Shown in pieces: positions 47,220-56,826 of a stretch of 64,000 bases of DNA. The position numbers were made by a program, and so were the translations under genes. The notes under the pieces were generated by a model that saw only the letters and a list, made by a program, of their open reading frames with translations, had not been told where the DNA came from and made no database searches. Numbering within the stretch: the stretch's first letter is position 1; every line of letters begins with the position of its first letter. This DNA is from a virus, in the IMG/VR virus record IMGVR_UViG_3300031994_000101, positions 1 to 64,000 of that record; one strand, given 5' to 3'.

Positions 47220-47276
47220 TTTTAATCTAATTTTAACTAATTTCTCGGCGACAGCCGATAATAAAACAAAACGACA

Positions 47277-47489
47277 ATGGCAACAATCAGAACAGAACTA
47301 TACCGAGACGACCAAAAGCACCCATGGGTCACGGTGCAGGTATTGAACCGTAACGAAATGAATATCATCTTCGCCAACAGCAAGGGCGAGAAAGTCACCA
47401 TCGACGACCTCTCGAAGAAAGACGCTGAGCAGCTGGGTGACATCATCCGCAATGTAAGTATCGACTATATGGAGGACAGCGAGGCATGA
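47277..47489 (+). CDS. hypothetical protein (70 aa)
   Basis: ORF after A/T-box+GACA hairpin element. Confidence 0.45.
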   Translation: MATIRTELYRDDQKHPWVTVQVLNRNEMNIIFANSKGEKVTIDDLSKKDAEQLGDIIRNVSIDYMEDSEA

Positions 47490-48004
47490 AGAAGCAACGT
47501 ATCTATATCTCTGGCCCGATGACTTCGAGCGACAGCGAGGAGCAGGCGCGGAACGTGCAGGCGTTCCACGACTGCGCCACGCTTATCAACAGTCACGCGG
47601 GACTTCGCGCCGTCAACCCGGCCAACGCCTGGCCCTGCAAATACGCATGGCTGTACCGCCTCATGGAGCGCGTGCTGGGCGAGGACGGTGCCTACCGCAC
47701 GGTGCTCGTCTACGACCTCTGGCTGCTCTCCCGCTCGGACAACATCTGCATGATAGACGGCTGGCAGCTGTCGAGGGGCGCGAAGATAGAGGAGGGCTTT
47801 GCCTTCCGCCTGGGCATCGTCCGCTCGCAAACCTACAACCCGAAGCAGCAGAAGCTCATGCCCTTTCTGAAGGACAAGAAAAAACGTAAATTAGACGAGC
47901 AGCAGCCCATCAGCGAGGTCGCCGCTGCCGTCACCGCCCTCGGCAAGGCCATGAGTCGTATGGACGGCTGTAATAAAAAAAATGAACCCAAACGAAACAA
48001 ATAG
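47486..48004 (+). CDS. DUF4406 / nucleoside 2-deoxyribosyltransferase-like protein
   Basis: N-terminal RIYISGPMT motif. Confidence 0.4.
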   Translation: MKKQRIYISGPMTSSDSEEQARNVQAFHDCATLINSHAGLRAVNPANAWPCKYAWLYRLMERVLGEDGAYRTVLVYDLWLLSRSDNICMIDGWQLSRGAKIEEGFAFRLGIVRSQTYNPKQQKLMPFLKDKKKRKLDEQQPISEVAAAVTALGKAMSRMDGCNKKNEPKRNK

Positions 48005-48010
48005 CATTTT

Positions 48011-48403
48011 ATGGATCTTACAGGAACAATCATTCAAGTGATGCCCGCACAGTCGGGCACATCAAGTCGCACGGGCAACCCGTGGATGTCGCAGGATTAT
48101 GTATTGGAAGTGCCGGCGCAGTATCCGAAGCGCATGGTATTCCGCATCTTCGGTGAAGACCGCATCAAGCAGTTCAACATTCAGCAGGGCGAGCAGAACG
48201 TCACCATACAGTTCGACATCGACGCCCACGAGTACAACGGGCGCTGGTTCAATGAGGTCCGCTGCTACAACGTGCTCCGCTCCGTCGGACAGCCATATCA
48301 GCAGCAGGCTCAGCCGTCTGCCGTCAGCCCTCAGACATCGCAGTCTCCTTTCCCGCCCACTCAGCAGCCCGCACAGGAGAAACCAGACGACCTGCCATTC
48401 TAA
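48011..48403 (+). CDS. DUF3127-like protein
   Basis: MDLTGTIIQVMPAQSGTS..GNPWMSQDYVLE..YPKRMVFRIFGE..NGRWFNEV pattern recalled for DUF3127. Confidence 0.5.
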   Translation: MDLTGTIIQVMPAQSGTSSRTGNPWMSQDYVLEVPAQYPKRMVFRIFGEDRIKQFNIQQGEQNVTIQFDIDAHEYNGRWFNEVRCYNVLRSVGQPYQQQAQPSAVSPQTSQSPFPPTQQPAQEKPDDLPF

Positions 48404-48426
48404 AAGTGAACATTCTAAAGAGCGAT

Positions 48427-49230
48427 ATGACTATGGCAAATCCATTACTATACCAGAAGCGGTACTCCACCGAGATGATGATGGCGAACCCGAAGATGAC
48501 GCAGCAGCTCTACATGGAGGGCTACGACCGGGCGAACTCGCTCGTGAACACGATGATCGGCATTGCCAACGAGGTGGCACGCCTCGCCATCAGCGACGGC
48601 ATCGACGCCATCAAGCAGGCCGGGCTGTACCGCCAGAAGACGAAGCAGCTCTGCCGCGAGACGTTCCGCCGCCAGGAGCACTACGAGGCTATCCACAACA
48701 GCAACTTCGGCGACCGCCTGAAGATGTGGCTCGACTATCTCGACGGCACCGAGGACGAGTACCGCCGCCATATCTTCAACGTGTATATGGCCGTGAAGAT
48801 GGTCCTCGACCGCCACAAGCAGAAGGACACCGAACTGAAGGCACGGCTGGAGTGCGGCAGGATATGCGCCGAGCTGGCCGTGGGTCAGTACGACGCGCTG
48901 ATGCAGGACCTGAAGGAGAAGTTCGGGGCCGACTACTCGCCGCTCTTCGCCGAGGGCCGCTACGATAAGCCGCTGCACACATGGCGGCAGCTCTGCGACC
49001 TCTACGTGAAGACCGACGACCCGAACGACTTCATCGACCTGAACGACGACCCCAACCTGCGCCTCGCCGCCGACGTGCTGGCCCGCAAGCTCTCCGACAG
49101 CGACGTGCTCAACCGCATCGGCAAGCACGCCATCGAGATAAACCTCGACACCGCCCGCAAGTATGCCTCCGAGGAGGACATGCAGGCCCTTGGCATCGAC
49201 GACAGCGGACACATCACGGCGGCGGACTGA
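48427..49230 (+). CDS. hypothetical protein (268 aa)
   Basis: ORF; AAAGAGCGATATG. Confidence 0.5.
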   Translation: MTMANPLLYQKRYSTEMMMANPKMTQQLYMEGYDRANSLVNTMIGIANEVARLAISDGIDAIKQAGLYRQKTKQLCRETFRRQEHYEAIHNSNFGDRLKMWLDYLDGTEDEYRRHIFNVYMAVKMVLDRHKQKDTELKARLECGRICAELAVGQYDALMQDLKEKFGADYSPLFAEGRYDKPLHTWRQLCDLYVKTDDPNDFIDLNDDPNLRLAADVLARKLSDSDVLNRIGKHAIEINLDTARKYASEEDMQALGIDDSGHITAAD

Positions 49231-49271
49231 CCGCGCCGCGTATTCACACATATATTATTATATATAAGCGA

Positions 49272-49616
49272 ATGACAAAGAAAACATCAACACCCATTGA
49301 CCCGGAGTTCCAGAAGTTCTGGGACGCATACGGACTGAAGCGCGACCGAGTGGCCGCCGAGCGTGCGTGGCGGAAGCTCTCGAAGGGCGACCGTCGCGCC
49401 GCCCTCGCCGGCATCGCCCGCTACCGCGACGACTGCGAGGCACGGGGCATCCAGCGCATGTACGCCCAAGGCTACCTGAACCACCGGCGGTGGGAGGATG
49501 AAAGCCCCACCCCCGACCCCTCCCCCGTAGGGAGGGGAGGGACAGCCGCCAATAAAAACCTCCCCCTACAGGGGGAACAGAAATGGGCTGACCTCCCCGA
49601 CATGGCCATCTGGTAA
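49272..49616 (+). CDS. hypothetical protein (114 aa) whose 3' end runs through GC-rich hairpin repeats
   Basis: ATG 49272 in frame with track ORF; C-terminal Pro/Gly low-complexity encoded by CCCCTCCCCC..GGGAGG repeats. Confidence 0.4.
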   Translation: MTKKTSTPIDPEFQKFWDAYGLKRDRVAAERAWRKLSKGDRRAALAGIARYRDDCEARGIQRMYAQGYLNHRRWEDESPTPDPSPVGRGGTAANKNLPLQGEQKWADLPDMAIW

Positions 49617-49636
49617 CACCTAACGAAAGCACAATT

Positions 49637-50128
49637 ATGGACACAAGACAGCAACATAATCCTACTACATCCACCGACGACTGGTACACGCCACGGTGGC
49701 TTATCGACACGCTCGGCCCCTTCGACCTCGACCCTTGCGCCGCACCGGAGAGCGTGCGCCCGTTCCCCACCGCCACGACTATGCTGACCCGGCAGGACGA
49801 CGGACTCGCCCACGAGTGGCACGGCACCGTCTGGATGAACCCGCCCTACAGCCGCGCCCTGCTCCGCCAGTTCTGCGAGCGGATGGCACGGCACGGCGAC
49901 GGCATCGCCCTGCTCGTCAACCGGCAGGACAACCTGCTCTGGCAGGAGGTCATCTTCCCCACCGCCGCGTCGATGATCTTCATGCGGCACCGCGTCCGCT
50001 TCCTCCGACCCGACGGCACCACCGGCTCGCCCTTCTTCGGCTCCTGCCTCGTGGCATGGGGCGCGACGTGCGACCGCCGCCTGCGCCAGTCGGGCATCGA
50101 GGGAAAGTATGTGGTGCTGAATGTTTAA
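49637..50128 (+). CDS. phage Dam-type DNA N6-adenine methyltransferase
   Basis: WYTPRWLIDTLGPFDLDPCA and WMNPPYS motifs. Confidence 0.75.
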   Translation: MDTRQQHNPTTSTDDWYTPRWLIDTLGPFDLDPCAAPESVRPFPTATTMLTRQDDGLAHEWHGTVWMNPPYSRALLRQFCERMARHGDGIALLVNRQDNLLWQEVIFPTAASMIFMRHRVRFLRPDGTTGSPFFGSCLVAWGATCDRRLRQSGIEGKYVVLNV

Positions 50129-50145
50129 TCAAATACGTTAGAAAT

Positions 50146-50400
50146 ATGGAAATCAAAACTATTGAAATCAAAACTATTGAAACAATGGCAAGAGAGTATG
50201 CCGCCGTCAAACGAGGCGATGATACTCCAGATACCGCAGGCATCGACCTACAGAGAGTAGACGACTTCCGCGCTGGGGCCTACGCTGTGCTTGACGAAAT
50301 ATCACAGAGCGTTTTTACTGGTAATTGGGTTGCGTTCCCAAACAGGAACATCAAGGCATTGAGAGAGAAAATCACCCTTCTAAAACGTCCAACCACATGA
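50146..50400 (+). CDS. hypothetical protein (84 aa), 5' end contains 15-bp tandem duplication
   Basis: ATG 50146; AAATCAAAACTATTG x2. Confidence 0.4.
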   Translation: MEIKTIEIKTIETMAREYAAVKRGDDTPDTAGIDLQRVDDFRAGAYAVLDEISQSVFTGNWVAFPNRNIKALREKITLLKRPTT

Positions 50401-50532
50401 CACAGACCTCCGGCAACTGCATGCAACCCGACCTCTACTGCGAGGCTTACCGCGGCCTCACGCTGCGCCGCGACTGCAACAATCGCGGCTGCGTACTCAA
50501 CAAGAATTTTAATCAGAAATAACAAGAATACA

Positions 50533-50724
50533 ATGACTCAGAAAATCATCAATTACTTAGTCCTGGCGCTGCTGCTCATAGCCGTGCCGATGGCCCTTGC
50601 CTGGCTGCTGCCCGTCCGTCTGATGGTGGGCATCCTGGCAGTTACCCAACTGCTCACGCTCATCATCGTGGGCGCAGTGATCCAAGACCTCAAACCCCGC
50701 AATCATGACAAAGAAGAGAACTAA
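50533..50724 (+). CDS. small membrane protein (63 aa)
   Basis: ORF, two hydrophobic helices. Confidence 0.45.
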   Translation: MTQKIINYLVLALLLIAVPMALAWLLPVRLMVGILAVTQLLTLIIVGAVIQDLKPRNHDKEEN

Positions 50725-51193
50725 CCTCCAGCCCTGGCTCGACTATTTCAAGATGCTGCAGCAGTACGAGGCCAAGGGATTCCTGGAGATAAAGCCGCAG
50801 GAGCACGAGGCATACGTGACCCGCGCCGCGCTGATGACCCTCGTCGGCATCGACGCGGAGGATGTTCAGTCTGCTGCGACATCATCGCAGCCCGAAGCCC
50901 TCGCCGACACCCTCTCCCGCATCCGTGCCTACGCCGCCTACCGCTCAGCTCCTGCCGTCGGCCAGCAGCACCCCGCCGACATGAACGACCCCGCCGCCCC
51001 CCTGCCCGCCATCCCGGAGGCAGAGCTGACAGCCTACCTCTCGCAGCCCTTTGCCGTCCACATCGTCAAGGAGGACTACCCCCACGACCTGCTGCTCACG
51101 CTGCTGCTCCAGCAGAAGCGCCCATGGTACGGACGGCAGAAAGAGACTATCAAAGTTTTTGACTATACAAACAAAGCTAATAGCGAGGAATGA
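50705..51193 (+). CDS. hypothetical protein (162 aa)
   Basis: ORF. Confidence 0.5.
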   Translation: MTKKRTNLQPWLDYFKMLQQYEAKGFLEIKPQEHEAYVTRAALMTLVGIDAEDVQSAATSSQPEALADTLSRIRAYAAYRSAPAVGQQHPADMNDPAAPLPAIPEAELTAYLSQPFAVHIVKEDYPHDLLLTLLLQQKRPWYGRQKETIKVFDYTNKANSEE

Positions 51194-51711
51194 AGAGTGA
51201 AGAATTTTCTACCGCACAGCATCGCCACCCCAAATTCACCTATGGCGACCGCATCCGCCGCAAGATTGGCGGACCTATAGAGACCATCCACGACCTAAAC
51301 GAGACGGTATATTACTTTAAGAGCGGGGGCTTCTGCCTGAGAGACGACGAGGAATGTTACCTGTTGGAGGAGAAACACAACGGCTACTTCCTCGTGGGAA
51401 AAAACCTCGACGGTGCTCCTCTCTCCGACTACGTGAGCCACGGCTACGAGAACCGCAGCGACTTCCGCGACGCCCTGCGCCGGCTCATTGAACTCTGGGG
51501 AGGACGCATCGGCGAATATGTGGGCGACCGCCATGGCTTCCTGCGCCTGAAATTCCGAGATATACCCGGCGGGCGCAGCGAAGAAGCATGGCTGCCTCCC
51601 TACCTGCTGCAGCCAACCACTATTCCTGCACATCTTCAACAGAGTGAGTCAGATTCTATTACCAGGGAACTTGACGAGGCTTTCGGTTTTGACGGAGCGG
51701 TTATCGAATAA
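51190..51711 (+). CDS. hypothetical protein (173 aa)
   Basis: ORF. Confidence 0.5.
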   Translation: MKSEEFSTAQHRHPKFTYGDRIRRKIGGPIETIHDLNETVYYFKSGGFCLRDDEECYLLEEKHNGYFLVGKNLDGAPLSDYVSHGYENRSDFRDALRRLIELWGGRIGEYVGDRHGFLRLKFRDIPGGRSEEAWLPPYLLQPTTIPAHLQQSESDSITRELDEAFGFDGAVIE

Positions 51712-51714
51712 AAA

Positions 51715-52224
51715 TCACACTATCATTTGGATGCCCATCAGACACTCTATGCGGAACTGTACGGATATCTTTGCGCCGTCACGGTCAACGGTACAAAGGT
51801 AGGTATCCTTGCTTCCTTGCACGAAGGCGCGACTCTGATCGCGGAAGGTCAAGAGCAAATGACTGGGTGTACGCTCCAATGTGAGCAAACTCAGCCATAC
51901 CTGCGGATTGCGTTCGTCAACCTGGCAGTTTACCGTCACCTTGTGCAGACGACCAGCCGCCTGATCCGTCTCATCATCCTTTGCCTTACCCGTTAGCCGT
52001 ATGATAGGTATTAGTTTGCCGGCAGCCTCAATCGGTTGCTGACCAATAGTGATGCTGTTGGTCAGCACAGGCAGGAACTGCGCTTTAGGGATAACGGGAG
52101 CAAGCATCCATGTGACAACGTCCGTCGATGATATTCCCGACACTGCACCCGGGTCGTAGTCGGTAACTGGAATGGCGGTGATAGACATCATGTCATCCAG
52201 TGAAAATTCTTTACAGCTGAGCAT
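51715..52224 (-). CDS. hypothetical protein (169 aa), lone minus-strand gene
   Basis: ORF. Confidence 0.45.
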   Translation of the reverse strand: MLSCKEFSLDDMMSITAIPVTDYDPGAVSGISSTDVVTWMLAPVIPKAQFLPVLTNSITIGQQPIEAAGKLIPIIRLTGKAKDDETDQAAGRLHKVTVNCQVDERNPQVWLSLLTLERTPSHLLLTFRDQSRAFVQGSKDTYLCTVDRDGAKISVQFRIECLMGIQMIV

Positions 52225-52372
52225 GTACTTTGTCGTTATTATGTAATTTCGCTATGCCGGAATATCATTAAAACGACAAATGATGTCAAGGGCAGAGCAT
52301 CCATGTCTGCCCTTGATTTCTACTCAGTTATGGTGTAATATCCGCATAACGGACAAAAGGCGATAAATTATT

Positions 52373-55300
52373 ATGGAACATCTTGCACTCGAAGTCTTCA
52401 ATCTCGGCGACAGCACCGGCAGCCAGTATGCCGTGCTACCGGAGAACACGACCATCACCATCACTGACACGTCGGAGATATTCGCTGACGGTGACGTATG
52501 GAGCTTTCCCTTCACGCTGAACGTCATGGCCAACAATCACCTCTTCGGCACAGCGGGAGAGACGCACGGATCACGGCTACACGAACAGATCGACAAGCGG
52601 AAGGCACGCCTTTGGGTGGAAGGCATGCCACTGTATCTCGGATATCTCCGACTCAGCAACGAGGCAGAGATTGACTCGGAAGGAAATGTGGATGTCACCT
52701 TTGAAAGCGGACAGAAGTCTTTCAAGGACATGACCGAAGGGGCGAAGGCCAATCAGGTTCCGATGATGGATGACGTGCTGATTGGTATGGCATTGTGGCG
52801 AAAGAGATGGACCAGTGTAGAGGTGAAATTGAGGGCTTATCTGACACTTACTAACGAGGGTGTTCCATATACTCTTGAACATGATTTCACCTTAAATGGT
52901 TCTGACATAATTGAGATCGAATGTGACGGAGAGATTGACGGCAATGCAGTCCAGCAATATCCACGCATGGTATTCCCGAGAGGAAAATTCCGTAACCGAG
53001 ACGGCGGTAACGACTGGGACGAGAACTGCTTAAATACAGACTATCCATACGATGACGCACACCCTTTCTGCAATATAGCGTTATGCTATCAGAAGTACGA
53101 CTACCTGAAGATGGACGAGAACGGAGCAGTCATGCCAGATTACAGCGCCGAGCCAGAGGCACAACGTGACTACGAGTACATGCCTGCCGACCGTGTCAAC
53201 TCAGCCCCCAACTTCTATGTGATATACTGGCTGCGCTGCCTGATGAAGCACCTGGGCATTGACGTTGAAGAAAATCAGATGATGGACGTGGAGGATCTGC
53301 GCCGGCTGTTCTTCGTCAATACGAACTGCGCTTATAAGGAGCCGGGCAAATTACGGACAGCTGAGACGGGAAGTGACGACCTACGCTTCGGAAGATATGA
53401 ATATGTCGCAGAAAGAGCCGGTGATCACTCGTTTGACCACATCATTCCGGAGTATTTCGAGTCAATGAAGCAAGAAATCATTGACAATAGCAAATTAACA
53501 GCTGAGAATCTGAAAGTGACGGTCAAAAAGACAAGCGACAACATCACTATAAGAAGCATCGGCCTGAAAGTTCGCGAGGTTATCAGCAGGACACACCATA
53601 AATACCCAAATAAATATAGAGAGAAAAACAATTTTTTTCACCAGGCATACGCCACCAGCGACTGCTTTCCGAATGTGGACATCTCGGAGGTCATCAGTGC
53701 CATAGAGAGCGGTTTTGGTATACGCTTCCTTTTCAGCAGCGACTACAAGCGTGTACGTATTGTGCTTCTCCGCAACATTTTCAGATGTTCTGATATACAG
53801 AACATAAACTGCGAGATTATCGGTGATGGTGAGAAGGTGGAGAACAATATACGCGGCTTCCGGATGACTTACGGTGATTCGGACGACACCCACTTCTATT
53901 ATAAGGGATTTGCCGATTTGCTTCCACACATTAAGACCCTATGGCCGGATACCAGCGACACGCACGACTACTCTAAATGGAAGCTCAATGCCGTCTATGG
54001 GGATATCATCAAGAGGATTTCAGCCTTCGACAAGACATGCTACGTTACACCCAACACCGGCAACGCATACGGAATCAAGATAGATAAGAATGCAAAGAGG
54101 TATAACGAACTGCGACCTTCTCTTTTTGGCTTTGCCGACTTCATGGATGCCGAGGACGGCGACTGTACGGGAGAGGAAGAAACTATCAAGACCATCAACG
54201 CCGGCTTCACGCCAGCAATCATGAACGACCTTAATATGGAACAGGAGCGTGCCGGAGACCCTACACAGAGGTTCGCACTGTTTGTCGATGAATCCATGCG
54301 CGTGCGGAGACTGGATTTCGGGGATCTTCCGAACCAGTCACAGCCAGGCGTCAAGTCGTACAATGATCCGACAGCATTCTACGATGTCAATCGGCTGTAC
54401 GAGAACGACTCCCCTGCCAGTCAGATGAAGTCTGGCGGAATTGTCAAGCCTGGCGAGTTCGCCATCACCTCTGACATGTACGCCTCGTTGAGGAATGTTT
54501 CAATTGCCACTGGCGACATTGCCTTATACGGTGGAACTGCTGAAGGCGGATGGTGGACTTTCAACGCCAATGCCACTTTTGACGCGGAGGGTGCAATCAA
54601 CGAGGGCTACCGTCTTTACCTGCAGGACAACTATGAGCCTAACGAAGACGGAATATCGCCTATCGAAAAGCACGATTGGGGATTGATGCTGGGCATCATG
54701 CGCGGCAGCGGTGACGATGCTTACGTGAATTATACCTACGATCCAGATGACGGTGAAGGAAATGACACGTGGGACATAATACCTGGCAGCAGTGCGACAG
54801 CACACCCCGACACTTGCGACTCGTATGGCAATGAGTGGGACTATGTGGGTACCAGGCGTGCTGGACGTGAGAATGCCGCAGAAATCTTCGCTGAACAGTT
54901 CCCGGATAGCAACGCCTCATTCCAGACTATAACGAATAATGGAGTTGACCTGTTTACCGTCACTGACGACAGCGGTAACCAGTACAAGGCGCTGTTCATG
55001 ACCCCTTTCCCCCCTAACAACAGCTGGCATCGCGGACGCTTCCTAAAATACATTTCTTATCTCAGCGGTCACTCTTTGGCTGAGATAAGAAATCTCGACG
55101 CCGCAGGGTATATGGATTACAAGAATACACTTGTAGAGACAAGAAGCAGTCAGGAACGGTGTGACACCCTCCGACAGCTCTCACTTCTGGCGCTTGGCTA
55201 TGACAGTGACATCATCATTGACCATGGCGTGGGCTCTCGCTTCGGGCGTTTCTCGCTGAAACTGAGGGCGGAGAAGCCTAACCCTTATTTTGATCCGAAA

Positions 55301-55582
55301 CAGCCGGAAAGCGACAACAACCGGCGCTACCTGCAGATTAGCAATCCTAACCTGCGAGGACGTGGACTAAGCGGCCAGTTTTACAAGGAATACTCGTATT
55401 GGATCCTTAATGCCCGAATCAAAAAATTTCCTGTACGTATGGAACTGGCACAGCTGCGTGTTCTTGACAAGACAAAACGTGTGCAGATCGGTGACATAAT
55501 GGGATTCATCCGTAAGATGCAGTTCACAGTAAGCAACGATACAGGATTGGGGATTGTCACACTGGAGATTATGTATATTTAG
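52373..55582 (+). CDS. large structural protein candidate (1069 aa; tail/baseplate-like)
   Basis: Uninterrupted 3.2-kb ORF, no enzymatic motifs. Confidence 0.6.
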   Translation: MEHLALEVFNLGDSTGSQYAVLPENTTITITDTSEIFADGDVWSFPFTLNVMANNHLFGTAGETHGSRLHEQIDKRKARLWVEGMPLYLGYLRLSNEAEIDSEGNVDVTFESGQKSFKDMTEGAKANQVPMMDDVLIGMALWRKRWTSVEVKLRAYLTLTNEGVPYTLEHDFTLNGSDIIEIECDGEIDGNAVQQYPRMVFPRGKFRNRDGGNDWDENCLNTDYPYDDAHPFCNIALCYQKYDYLKMDENGAVMPDYSAEPEAQRDYEYMPADRVNSAPNFYVIYWLRCLMKHLGIDVEENQMMDVEDLRRLFFVNTNCAYKEPGKLRTAETGSDDLRFGRYEYVAERAGDHSFDHIIPEYFESMKQEIIDNSKLTAENLKVTVKKTSDNITIRSIGLKVREVISRTHHKYPNKYREKNNFFHQAYATSDCFPNVDISEVISAIESGFGIRFLFSSDYKRVRIVLLRNIFRCSDIQNINCEIIGDGEKVENNIRGFRMTYGDSDDTHFYYKGFADLLPHIKTLWPDTSDTHDYSKWKLNAVYGDIIKRISAFDKTCYVTPNTGNAYGIKIDKNAKRYNELRPSLFGFADFMDAEDGDCTGEEETIKTINAGFTPAIMNDLNMEQERAGDPTQRFALFVDESMRVRRLDFGDLPNQSQPGVKSYNDPTAFYDVNRLYENDSPASQMKSGGIVKPGEFAITSDMYASLRNVSIATGDIALYGGTAEGGWWTFNANATFDAEGAINEGYRLYLQDNYEPNEDGISPIEKHDWGLMLGIMRGSGDDAYVNYTYDPDDGEGNDTWDIIPGSSATAHPDTCDSYGNEWDYVGTRRAGRENAAEIFAEQFPDSNASFQTITNNGVDLFTVTDDSGNQYKALFMTPFPPNNSWHRGRFLKYISYLSGHSLAEIRNLDAAGYMDYKNTLVETRSSQERCDTLRQLSLLALGYDSDIIIDHGVGSRFGRFSLKLRAEKPNPYFDPKQPESDNNRRYLQISNPNLRGRGLSGQFYKEYSYWILNARIKKFPVRMELAQLRVLDKTKRVQIGDIMGFIRKMQFTVSNDTGLGIVTLEIMYI

Positions 55583-55594
55583 ACTTTCAGGCTT

Positions 55595-56758
55595 ATGGAA
55601 GATATAGTAACAATCAGCGGTATGTTCGGCAAGGTGAACGGACAAGTGCATACATACTTCTCGGACAGTCCTGTGGTGATAGACATCAGCGGACTGTACT
55701 GGGGGCACACCGTGACGAGTCCGTTTACCATCGTCCGCGTGGAGGTGATTTACAACGGGAAAATTGTAGGCGAGTTCAAGGCGGACACAGGCGGGCAGTC
55801 TAACATTTCGTTCGACATTTCGTCAGCACTCAAGGCAATATGGAGCGATTTTAGCTTCGACAACGAGGTAGCGGCAGCAAAGAGCGCCGCGGCATCGGAA
55901 GGAAGCGGAGCATTTGCCCCGACGGGCGACGGTTACCAAACAGGCGTTCGTCTGTATCGCGAATATTTCCTCCGTGTATATACCGAATACCTTGCGAGCG
56001 ATGACGGAGGCGTATTCACCACGACAAGATACACCGACGAAGATGGGAATACGGACATTCCTGGCGGAAGGTGCTGCATAGGCAGCATGACGGAGTGGGA
56101 ACGCATGAAAGCCGTAGAGGAGCGTGGCGGTGCGGCCAATGCCGATGTATCGTATCATGAGCATGAGAACAGGCGCAATGGTGACGCGAGCAACAAACCG
56201 ACAAGCACACCAGAGCGCGTGGGCATCATCAGCCCGACATCATGGGTAGATGTGCAGGGGGGCGGTACACAATGCTTTTATTATCCCGCCGGGGCTCAGC
56301 CTGACGGCGACCAGCAAGAACATCACGCCCCGCTCGTGCTGCGAGACAGTGTGCCGTATGTTGATTTCCTTTTCATCAACCGACGAGGGGCTGTTGAAAC
56401 GTGTAGCGGCCAGACTCTGGAGTCGATGGGCATCAACGTCAAGGTGACGCAGTACAGCCGCACTGAGCGTCCTTCGTTCGCGCCTACACGCTCACTGATG
56501 GCCATCGGTCAGGACGGACGGCGCTCTTGGCAGATGTCCAGTGGGTTCGTCAGTCGTGAGTGGGCAGAATGGTGGGCTATGGAATTTCTGGGCGGCAAGC
56601 GGAAGCAGTGGTGGATGCGCTACCCCATCGGAGATGCGAACGGCACGTATGTCCCCGTCATCGTGGAGCCGGCGAAACAGAACATCATCATCTACGACCG
56701 GGCGAAGCAGCAGATGCCGCATGTCGACTTCACCGTGACGCTGGCACTGGAAGGGTGA
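55595..56758 (+). CDS. hypothetical structural protein candidate (387 aa)
   Basis: ORF. Confidence 0.55.
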   Translation: MEDIVTISGMFGKVNGQVHTYFSDSPVVIDISGLYWGHTVTSPFTIVRVEVIYNGKIVGEFKADTGGQSNISFDISSALKAIWSDFSFDNEVAAAKSAAASEGSGAFAPTGDGYQTGVRLYREYFLRVYTEYLASDDGGVFTTTRYTDEDGNTDIPGGRCCIGSMTEWERMKAVEERGGAANADVSYHEHENRRNGDASNKPTSTPERVGIISPTSWVDVQGGGTQCFYYPAGAQPDGDQQEHHAPLVLRDSVPYVDFLFINRRGAVETCSGQTLESMGINVKVTQYSRTERPSFAPTRSLMAIGQDGRRSWQMSSGFVSREWAEWWAMEFLGGKRKQWWMRYPIGDANGTYVPVIVEPAKQNIIIYDRAKQQMPHVDFTVTLALEG

Positions 56759-56826
56759 TCAAGAATTGAAGACTTACACTGCCCTTGATTCGGTCGCGTC
56801 GCCCTGTATATTGAGAGAAAAAAGAA

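Noticed and set aside
31400-47265. Possibility that the five AATTTTTAA + hairpin elements form a CRISPR-like array
   Set aside because: They are separated by whole genes (1-12 kb), have no regular spacing and show only partial identity. They are intergenic regulatory modules, not repeat-spacer units.
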